Shown: piece after piece, positions 36,577 through 44,114 of the stretch
How the letters are laid out: every line of letters begins with the position of its first letter
Numbering within the stretch: position 1 is the stretch's first letter
DNA from: Candidatus Aminicenantales bacterium
GTDB lineage: Bacteria; Acidobacteriota; Aminicenantia; Aminicenantales; UBA8522
NCBI GenBank assembly: GCA_049287565.1
Contig: JBAQGA010000239.1
Coordinates: 1,522-65,521, forward strand
Direction: 5' to 3'
Length of the DNA stretch: 64,000 bases
The notes under the pieces: generated by a model
The model's input: only the letters and a program-made list of their open reading frames with translations
Told to the model about the DNA's origin: nothing
Databases searched by the model: none
Program-made: the position numbers and the translations under genes

Positions 36577-38175
36577 TCAGCCGGAGACGCGGCTGCCTAC
36601 TCCCTGAACGAGGGCCCGATAGGCCTTCTCCACGCGGTCCCAGTTGTCCTCCCGGTCAAGGGACCAGTGGCGGCCCATGACCGTGACCATTTCCCCCAGA
36701 CCCAGCTTCCGGCCCATCTCTTCGACCTTTTCTACGTAGATCGCGCCGCTTTCGGGCTTCTCTCCCCGGCGGCCGATGAACCCGTGGATATAGACTTCCT
36801 CCAGGCCCTGCTCTTTGGTCAGACGCATCAGGGCAAAAAGATGTCTCAGAGTACCGTGCGAGCTGTAATGCGAGACGATGCCCATGAGGTGGAGAGGTCT
36901 CTTTGCGACCTTGGCTTCTTCTATCGCCCAGAGGAAAGCCTGATTGCGGAAGAAGCTGCCGTCTTCGACCGCTCGGTCGATTTTGACGCGGTCCAAAGAG
37001 ACGCGCCGGCCGGCCCCGAGATGAAGGTGCCCGGCCTCGGAGTTGCCGACGGCATGAGCGGGCATCCCGACCGCTTCCCCGGAAGCCTGGAGAACCGCGT
37101 GCGGAAACTCCGACCAAAAAGCGTCGAAATGCGGCGTCCGCGCTTCCCGGATGATATTGCCGAAAGCTTCGTCCCGGTGTCCCCAGCCATCCAGGATAAG
37201 CAGGACGACTCTGGGCGTTGGAACCAGCGGACGGGGCCGGAGGATGAGGCTTTGACCCGTCATCTCGACCGGGCGGGGCAGACCGAGCAGGTCCAGCACG
37301 GTCGGAGCGACGTCGGCCAACTCTCCCTCCGCTCTCAAAGTGGGCTTCTCCCATCCTTTCCTGAAATCAGCCAGAATAAACGGTGCCGGATTCCTGGTGT
37401 GCCCGGTATTGATGGTTCCGTCGGGATAGAGCCACTCCTCAACGGTGCCGTGGTCAGATGTCACGATCAGAGTCACGGCTTGGCGGCGGCATTCTGAGGC
37501 GATCACCCCCAGAGCCACATCCGTCTCCTCAACCGCTCTCAGGACGGCCGGGCGGTCTTCGATATGACCGATCACATCGACGTTGGCCAGGTTGGCGATG
37601 ACCACGGGATAGGCGGGGTCCTGGATCTTTGAAAGGACCTCTCGGGCCACCGCAGCAGCGCTCATCTCCGGCGTCTGGACATAGGACGAAACACCCTGAG
37701 GCGAGGGAACGATGAACCTTTCCTCTCCAGGAAAGATATCATCCCGTTTCCCGTTCAGGAAATGGCCGATATGAACGGCCTTTTCGGATTCGGCCACCTT
37801 GGCCAGGCGAAGCCCGGCGCGGCAAATGACCTCGACGAGGGTGTTGCGGAGCCTATCCTCGGCCGGGAAGGCGACCCGCACATCGAGAGATGGATCGTAG
37901 GTGATCATGGTGACGAAATGAAGCCGGCGGGCCTTTTTGCGCCCGAAATGAGGGAAATCCCTCTCGATCAGGCTCCGGGTCAGCTCGACCTCACGCTCTC
38001 CCCTGATATCATAAAAAATGACGCTGTCGCCGTCGCCGATTCGTCCCCGGGGGCGGCCGGAAGTGTCGACTTTGATGATCGGCTCCAGGGCCTCGTCCTC
38101 CTGCCCCAGCTTGTAGGCTTCTCTGATGGCGCCGGCAAGAGTTATTCTCCGGAACGGCGTCGATTTGTCCTTCAT
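36577..38175 (-). CDS. gpmI: 2,3-bisphosphoglycerate-independent phosphoglycerate mutase (iPGM) homolog with circularly permuted domain order
   Basis: All canonical iPGM blocks are present in one 532-aa ORF but in the order C-part then N-part. Residues 1-300 match the canonical C-terminal phosphatase half (VIFYDIRGER..., VIANLANVDVIGH, TSDHGT, APTVLDLLGLPRPVEMTGQSLIL). A Pro-rich linker RPRPLVPTP follows. Then come the canonical N-terminus (VVLLILDGWGHRDE, GNSEAGHLHLGAGR) and the transferase domain (HGFIGRRG, DNWDRVEKAYRAL). I re-translated the junction from the DNA and it is in frame. Confidence 0.8.
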   Translation of the reverse strand: MKDKSTPFRRITLAGAIREAYKLGQEDEALEPIIKVDTSGRPRGRIGDGDSVIFYDIRGEREVELTRSLIERDFPHFGRKKARRLHFVTMITYDPSLDVRVAFPAEDRLRNTLVEVICRAGLRLAKVAESEKAVHIGHFLNGKRDDIFPGEERFIVPSPQGVSSYVQTPEMSAAAVAREVLSKIQDPAYPVVIANLANVDVIGHIEDRPAVLRAVEETDVALGVIASECRRQAVTLIVTSDHGTVEEWLYPDGTINTGHTRNPAPFILADFRKGWEKPTLRAEGELADVAPTVLDLLGLPRPVEMTGQSLILRPRPLVPTPRVVLLILDGWGHRDEAFGNIIREARTPHFDAFWSEFPHAVLQASGEAVGMPAHAVGNSEAGHLHLGAGRRVSLDRVKIDRAVEDGSFFRNQAFLWAIEEAKVAKRPLHLMGIVSHYSSHGTLRHLFALMRLTKEQGLEEVYIHGFIGRRGEKPESGAIYVEKVEEMGRKLGLGEMVTVMGRHWSLDREDNWDRVEKAYRALVQGVGSRVSG

Positions 38176-38350
38176 AATGCGTCCTGAAATGAAGCCATAC
38201 TATAGGAGGAGCAGCACTGGATGTCAACTTGGCGCGATCACGAAGGCTTAGCTCTCCCGAGGCGTTTTCTCGAGATGAGCAGCCCCTATTATTTTGACCC
38301 AGGCGAAGGGCTTGGATGAGGAAGTCCGTTAACGACTAAGCGGAGGGTTT

Positions 38351-38413
38351 GGGGCAGTGGCATCGAAACCGTGCCCGCTCTCTCCTCATACGGATTTCTC
38401 CAGCCACTGCCCC
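38351..38413. repeat. Perfect 11-bp inverted repeat (GGGGCAGTGGC...GCCACTGCCCC) with a 41-nt spacer, inside a 470-nt non-coding region
   Basis: Read directly from the sequence. Followed by an A-run on the plus strand. The arrangement is not canonical intrinsic-terminator geometry for either strand. Located in the 5' region of the minus-strand iPGM gene. Confidence 0.5.
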
Positions 38414-38648
38414 TCACCTCATAAAAAAACAAAGCAAGCATATTCTCTCAAACAAGGCGAGAGGTATAGGCGCAGAAGGTCATCCGGAGGCGAGCGGGCA
38501 GGGATCCTCGAAGCGGAGAGCGAGCCGAGGAAATAAGCGAATTTATCTCGCCGGGGGAAATTCGCGGGCCTTCGGGCCTATACCCCGAGCCTCAACGGCG
38601 TTAAGAACCTGAGCGGAAGCGCTGACATTCCCAAGTTGTCTCTCATCA

Positions 38649-39539
38649 TCATTCCGGAAGACTGAGTTCCAGCAAGGCCTGAGGATCGACCCGGCTGCCC
38701 AGGATCCTTACCGCCCAGTGGAGATGCGGGCCGGTCGAGCGGCCGGTGCTCCCGGCCAGCGCGAGGATATCGCCCTTCTTGACGTCTTGGCCCCTGCTCA
38801 CCTTGAGCCGCGAAAAATGGCAGTAGATGCTGAATACCCCCAGGCCGTGGTCGAGGATAACCGTTTTTCCGGAAAAATAAAGATCCCGGGCCAAGACGAC
38901 CCGGCCGGAGTTGGACGCCCGCACCGGCGAACCGAAGGGGGCCGCGATATCGAGGCCCGAATGAGAAGAGCGGGGGACCCCGTTGTAGATCCTCCTCTCG
39001 CCGAAATTGCCGGCGTTCTCGCCGGGATGAGGCCACTCGAAAGCGCCTTCTCCGAGCCACGTCTCGGTGATCACGCTGTAGACCATCTGGAGAAGCTCGG
39101 ACTCCCAGCGGATGCGCTCCTCGACCTCGGGAGGCGGGGTGACGAATTCCTGTTTAACCCGGAGCTTCTTAACGGGGAATTCGCGATCCCCTACCAACAG
39201 GCGGTGTCTCAGCTCTTCGACCCGGCCGTCCCGGAGGAAAACGGTTATCTTGAGGTCATGCGATCCCGGTTTGAGGCCCAGATCAAGACCGATCAAGGCG
39301 AACGCTTCGCTTCCCTCTTGCCCCATCCTCAATTCGTAAACGGCGTCCCCGAAACCGATGACGACCCTCTTGGCCCCGGACGCTTGAACCAGCCTGGCCA
39401 GGAGAATCCGGCCCGGTTCAAGAGAGGGCGCGATGAGCTCGACCTCGATGCCGCAGGCGAACCGGACGACCGCGTTATCTGCGCCGCTGGAGGGGATCAG
39501 CATCAAGAGGAATAGAACCTGAGGGAAAACCCTTTTCAT
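38649..39539 (-). CDS. M23 family (LytM-like) metallopeptidase
   Basis: Signal peptide MKRVFPQVLFLLMLIPSSGA. HxxxD and GSTGRSTGPHLHWAV (HxH) M23 motifs. Confidence 0.85.
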   Translation of the reverse strand: MKRVFPQVLFLLMLIPSSGADNAVVRFACGIEVELIAPSLEPGRILLARLVQASGAKRVVIGFGDAVYELRMGQEGSEAFALIGLDLGLKPGSHDLKITVFLRDGRVEELRHRLLVGDREFPVKKLRVKQEFVTPPPEVEERIRWESELLQMVYSVITETWLGEGAFEWPHPGENAGNFGERRIYNGVPRSSHSGLDIAAPFGSPVRASNSGRVVLARDLYFSGKTVILDHGLGVFSIYCHFSRLKVSRGQDVKKGDILALAGSTGRSTGPHLHWAVRILGSRVDPQALLELSLPE

Positions 39540-39543
39540 GCCG

Positions 39544-41241
39544 CTAGACCTTTTTTCTGAGGACCCGGCCGGGAAGTAGGCCCGTATGTTCCCCACCTTC
39601 AATTACGACCTGTCCGTTGACGATCACATATTCGATGCCAACCGGATATTGGTGAGGCTCGACCCAAGTGGCTCGGTCGGCGATCCTTTCCGGATCGAAG
39701 ATCACCAGGTCGGCAAAAGCGCCGGGTCTGATGACACCTCTTCTCTCAAACCCGAACCGGGAGGCCGGGACGGACGTCATCTTCCTGATCATCTCCTCGG
39801 CCGGCACGATTTTCTCCTCCCGGACATACTTCCCGAGAATGCGCGGGAAGGTGCCGTAGTTCCGGGGATGAGGGCGGCTTCGGCTCAGGATCCCGTAGGG
39901 AGCGACCGCCGAGCCGTCGCAGCCGACACCGACCAGCGGATGGGCCAGGACTTTTTTCAGGTTGTTCTCAGCCATCATGAAGGCGATCATCCCGACCATC
40001 GCTTTTTCCTCAATGAGCAAATCCCTCATGAAATCATAGGGCTTTTTCCCCGCTTGGCCGGCCGCCTCGAGGACTGTCTTTCCCTGAAGATGTCGCTTCT
40101 TCTCCGAGGGAATCGAAGACAACAGGATCTTATCCCAGGAACCGATCTTCTCTTCCTGGGAGGCGAGATGAGCCCGCAGCCTGGAATCGAGCGCCGGGTC
40201 CTGGAGGCGGCGAATGAAGTCGTCCGTCGTCCCTTCTTTGGACCACATCGGGAAATAAAGGCTGAGACCTGTCGACCCCGCGATATAGGGATAGCGGTCG
40301 CAAAAAATGTCAACGCCATCCTCTTTTGCCTGTTCGATCTTGGCCAGCGCGGGGCCCAGCTTTGCCCAATTCCGGGGATAGGCCGCCTTGAAGTGGGAGA
40401 TCTGAAGCCGGATGCCGGAGAGACGCGCCGTTTCGATCGCCTCTTCGAGCGACTCGAGGAGGCCGTCACCTTCATCCCGCATGTGAGTCGCGTAGACACC
40501 GCCTGTGGCGGCCGCGCCCCGGCATAGCTCGACGATCTCGTCAGCTCCGGCAAAGCTCCCGGGCGCGTATTCGAGACCGGTCGACATCCCGAAGGCGCCA
40601 GCTCGAATACATTCTTCGACCAGCTGCACCATTCGCTTCAGTTCTTCGGGCGTCGGGGGACGGTCCCCGAAACCCATGACCGCGCCCCGGATCGACCCGT
40701 GACCGACAAGAGTGGCATAGTTCATAGCGATCCCGCTGGTCTCAAGGCGGGCGAAGAACCCGGTCAGGTTTTTCCAATCGAGGTCGATTTCATAGAATGC
40801 CTTGATATTCTCTTTTTCCTCGTCGAAGGTCACTTCCGCGATCGGGAAGGGCGAACTGCCGCATTGGCCGCTGACGACGAGGGTGATCCCCTGATGGACC
40901 AGGCTTTCCGCCCGGGGATTAACGAGCAGGCTGATATCGGAATGATCATGAACATCGATGAACCCGGCCGAAACGGCCAGGCCTTGCGCATCGATGACCC
41001 CCCGTGCCTGGCTGGCCTTCACCCGCCCGATCTTTCTGATCAAATCGCCCGCGACCGCGATGTCGGCCCGGACCGGTGGGCCGCCCAGTCCGTCGTAAAC
41101 CAGGCCGTTCTTGACGACCCAATCGAATTGTTTCTTAGAAAAACACCCTTGAAGCAAAGGACCGCAGCCCGTCAGTCCGGCGACGGCTGCCGCCTTGGCC
41201 GTCTGCTTCAAAAAAACCCGTCTCGGTAGAGGTTTGTCCAT
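39544..41241 (-). CDS. N-acyl-D-amino-acid deacylase (D-aminoacylase) family amidohydrolase, Tat-exported
   Basis: Twin-arginine signal RRVFLKQTAKAAAVAGLTG. Amidohydrolase metal-binding HxH (IDVHDHSD). D-aminoacylase-like length and insert. The start was trimmed to Met 65 of the long ORF. Confidence 0.7.
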   Translation of the reverse strand: MDKPLPRRVFLKQTAKAAAVAGLTGCGPLLQGCFSKKQFDWVVKNGLVYDGLGGPPVRADIAVAGDLIRKIGRVKASQARGVIDAQGLAVSAGFIDVHDHSDISLLVNPRAESLVHQGITLVVSGQCGSSPFPIAEVTFDEEKENIKAFYEIDLDWKNLTGFFARLETSGIAMNYATLVGHGSIRGAVMGFGDRPPTPEELKRMVQLVEECIRAGAFGMSTGLEYAPGSFAGADEIVELCRGAAATGGVYATHMRDEGDGLLESLEEAIETARLSGIRLQISHFKAAYPRNWAKLGPALAKIEQAKEDGVDIFCDRYPYIAGSTGLSLYFPMWSKEGTTDDFIRRLQDPALDSRLRAHLASQEEKIGSWDKILLSSIPSEKKRHLQGKTVLEAAGQAGKKPYDFMRDLLIEEKAMVGMIAFMMAENNLKKVLAHPLVGVGCDGSAVAPYGILSRSRPHPRNYGTFPRILGKYVREEKIVPAEEMIRKMTSVPASRFGFERRGVIRPGAFADLVIFDPERIADRATWVEPHQYPVGIEYVIVNGQVVIEGGEHTGLLPGRVLRKKV

Positions 41242-41279
41242 GCTGTGTCTCCTCGTCATCCGCTGGAGGCGTCTATTCT

Positions 41280-42131
41280 TCAGAAAGCGATGTTCAGAGT
41301 CAAGGCCCTGCGGCCGCCGGCGCAGTCGAGTCCGAGGCTGATCCCACTCCCGTCCCTCCGTCTGTTGAGGTCGCAGATCTTTTTGGCCACGAAATATCCT
41401 ATGGCCGACCCGAAGAACACATCGGCGGCCCAATGCTTGTTCTCATGAATCCTGGAAATCCCAACCAGTGTCGCCAGGCTATAGGCGAGAACATCGACCA
41501 GCGGGCTCTCCGTTTGTTCGGCGATGGCTGTGGCCACGGAAAAGGAAGCGATCGCATGTCCCGAAGGCAACGACCAATAGCTATTCTTGAATGCAAAGGG
41601 GTGGAAACTGCGGCTCGATTCGTCGGTGTATGGACGTGCCCGACCGGCGATGACCTTGATCGTCCAAGCCACTATGCTCGCGGCGGCTAGACTCTCCAGG
41701 CTCAGGAGCGCCGTTCTTCGCAGACCGAAGTCATGCCCGATCTCTCCGGCGGCATATATGGCCGCGCTAAGACCCACCAGGGTAGTTCCATCGCCCAGAA
41801 ACGAGAAAAAAGACGAGGCCTTGTCGGAGGTGGAAGTGCGGTGGTCCTCAGCCCAGGTCCGGATGTCCTGGTCGAAGGCGAAAAGAACAAGACCGGTCCC
41901 TGAGACCACGGTCAAAGTCAAGAAATCCCGCCTATCCCAACGCGCAGGAGAGCAGATCACATCCTGGAAATCCCGCCCAAAACGGACAAGGAAGGCACGG
42001 TCGAGTTTGGATCCCTCTTTTGTCTCTGCTGCCCTAACCGGCGCCCCAACGAATATCGCAAAGGCCATGAATCCGATGGTCAGGGCCCCAGCTCGTTGCC
42101 GGCTTCCGATCTTCCTGTCTGACCGGTTCAT
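41280..42131 (-). CDS. PAP2 family (acid/lipid) phosphatase, candidate lipid A phosphatase
   Basis: PAP2 motifs KVIAGRARP, PSGHA and SRIHENKHWAADV. TM segments. ATGA overlap with kdtA. Confidence 0.75.
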   Translation of the reverse strand: MNRSDRKIGSRQRAGALTIGFMAFAIFVGAPVRAAETKEGSKLDRAFLVRFGRDFQDVICSPARWDRRDFLTLTVVSGTGLVLFAFDQDIRTWAEDHRTSTSDKASSFFSFLGDGTTLVGLSAAIYAAGEIGHDFGLRRTALLSLESLAAASIVAWTIKVIAGRARPYTDESSRSFHPFAFKNSYWSLPSGHAIASFSVATAIAEQTESPLVDVLAYSLATLVGISRIHENKHWAADVFFGSAIGYFVAKKICDLNRRRDGSGISLGLDCAGGRRALTLNIAF

Positions 42132-43423
42132 TTTTTGTCTCCAGCCTTGTCTCCAGTTCCCGCAAGCAGTGATTCGATGACTTGAATTGTCCTGTCTGTG
42201 GCTCCTTGGAGCGAACGGAGGAGCTCCCGCGCTTTCGTCCCCATCTCCTCCAGCGCCTCCTGGTCCTTCATCAAGAAAATCTCCTCCAGATCGGTCCGGT
42301 CCCGCACGATCCGGGCCGCACCCGAGCGGAAAAATTCTTCTGCCAGAAAGGCGAAGTTGTCCATGTGCGGTCCGAAGATGAGGGGTTTTCCATAATAGGC
42401 TGGCTCAAGCAGATTCTGGCCGCCGTGAGGAACCAAGCTTCCTCCGATGAACGTTAGATCAGCCAGGGCATAAAATCTGGGCAACTCGCCGATGGAATCC
42501 AGGATGAGAACATCCCAAGGCCGGTCGGGCTCAGCTTGGGTTCTTCTTACGACGCTCAACGACAGCCCCGCCGCGATCCTCTCCACCTCGGAGGACCTTT
42601 CCGGATGACGAGGGGCGATGACCACTCCGAGGTCCTGGCAAGACCTCTTGGCGCCTGAAAAAGCCGCCAGGATCTTCTTTTCTTCGCCCTTATGCGTGCT
42701 CCCCGCGACGATGAGCTTTTTTTGGGGCGAGGCCCCGATTTTTCTCCTGAGATCGACGATCTCCTTAGGGCTCACCACAGGAAGCCGGATGTCCGCCTTC
42801 AGATTCCCGGCCACTTCGACCCGCTCGGATGGAATACCGATTTTCTCCAGCCTTCTCCGGTCACTTTCGGTCTGGACGAGGAAGCGGTCAATGGGACTCA
42901 ACAGGCGCCTGGCCAGGACTTTAAAGCGGCAATATTTCCGGAAGGAGCGTTGGGATATCCTCCCGTTGATCAAGAGCACGGACCGGCAGGTTTTCCCGGC
43001 CCGTCGAAGGAGATGCGGCCAAAACTCCGACTCGGCTAGGATGAACAGGCGGGGCCGGAGGGCAGAAAAGAACCTTCGGACGGTCCAACCGAAATCCAGG
43101 GGGACCAAGAAAATCGCATCGGCTTCGGGCAGTTTTTGCCTGGCGATCCTGTAGCCGGTGTTGGTCAGAGTTGAAAAATAGACAGGCCAAGAGGGATGCT
43201 TTTTTTTGATCTCGGAGACCAGGCGGCGAAGACTCAAGACCTCGCCGACCGAGACGGCATGAACCCAGATGGCGGGCTCCCCCGGGCTGGCCGGCGGGAG
43301 TCTCAATCCCAACCTTTCGCGAAAATAGAGGCTCTCTTTTCGCCCGAACTTCATCCGGACGGAATAAACAGGAGCATAGATGAGCAAGAGCAGCATAAGG
43401 ATGAAAGAATAGAGCCCATACAC
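42128..43423 (-). CDS. waaA: 3-deoxy-D-manno-octulosonic acid (Kdo) transferase
   Basis: N-terminal membrane anchor. WVHAVSVGE motif. GT-B fold with a glycosyltransferase family 30 pattern. 431 aa. Confidence 0.85.
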   Translation of the reverse strand: MYGLYSFILMLLLLIYAPVYSVRMKFGRKESLYFRERLGLRLPPASPGEPAIWVHAVSVGEVLSLRRLVSEIKKKHPSWPVYFSTLTNTGYRIARQKLPEADAIFLVPLDFGWTVRRFFSALRPRLFILAESEFWPHLLRRAGKTCRSVLLINGRISQRSFRKYCRFKVLARRLLSPIDRFLVQTESDRRRLEKIGIPSERVEVAGNLKADIRLPVVSPKEIVDLRRKIGASPQKKLIVAGSTHKGEEKKILAAFSGAKRSCQDLGVVIAPRHPERSSEVERIAAGLSLSVVRRTQAEPDRPWDVLILDSIGELPRFYALADLTFIGGSLVPHGGQNLLEPAYYGKPLIFGPHMDNFAFLAEEFFRSGAARIVRDRTDLEEIFLMKDQEALEEMGTKARELLRSLQGATDRTIQVIESLLAGTGDKAGDKK

Positions 43424-43549
43424 GCCTGTTGACTATACTAGAATAGGCCCAAGCGCGCAAGGTTCTTGCGGCCGGGAGGGAATTCTGCTATCCTGAGTTC
43501 TTTGAATGCCTCTCGGGATTCCGTGCCTATCGAGAGAAAGGAAAGACAG

Positions 43550-43732
43550 ATGGCCGAAGAAAAGCAAGAACAAACCCAGGACAAGCCGAAGCGGGGCAAG
43601 AAGATCAACAAGATGTCCATCTCAGAGGTTGAAAAGGCTCTGGAGACGGCCAAAAACACCCAGGGTGGTCTGAGCTCACGCTATGCCCGGGCGCTCGTTC
43701 GCCGGAAGGAGATCCTCCGCCCCGGCGAGTGA
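43550..43732 (+). CDS. Small basic hypothetical protein (60 aa) upstream of rpsO
   Basis: GAGAGAAAGGAAAG ribosome-binding site. Sequence MAEEKQEQTQDKPKRGKKINKMSISEVEKALETAKNTQGGLSSRYARALVRRKEILRPGE. No family recognised. Confidence 0.4.
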   Translation: MAEEKQEQTQDKPKRGKKINKMSISEVEKALETAKNTQGGLSSRYARALVRRKEILRPGE

Positions 43733-43833
43733 GCCCGCCCGCTCCCTTCGATTGACCATTTCGCGTTGAATATAAGCGATTTACATTCTGAGAATGTTCT
43801 GTTAAAATGGGAAACCGAATAGGAGTATAAAGA

Positions 43834-44100
43834 GTGCTAAGTCAAGAACAGAAGACCAAAATCATCGAGGACAACCGGCTCAAGGTTGAAGACACCGGTT
43901 CTCCCGACGTCCAGATCGCTCTGTTGAGCGAGCGCATCGCTTCCCTCACCGGCCACCTCATCACCCATAAAAGGGACTTCACTTCTCGAGTCGGCCTGAT
44001 GCGGCTTGTCGGCAAGAGGAAAAGGCTCCTCGCCTATCTGAAGAGAGAAGATTCCGCTCGCTACGATGAGTTGATCAAGAAGCTCAACTTGCGCAAGTAG
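43834..44100 (+). CDS. rpsO: 30S ribosomal protein S15
   Basis: 88 aa. DTGSPDVQIALLSERI...HLITHKRD...RVGLMRLVGKRKRLLAYL is the S15 signature. Confidence 0.95.
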   Translation: MLSQEQKTKIIEDNRLKVEDTGSPDVQIALLSERIASLTGHLITHKRDFTSRVGLMRLVGKRKRLLAYLKREDSARYDELIKKLNLRK

Positions 44101-44114
44101 GTCCCCATCTGGAT

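Noticed and set aside
39586-41229. Plus-strand ORFs 39586..40527 and 40699..41229
   Set aside because: They are antisense to the D-aminoacylase gene.
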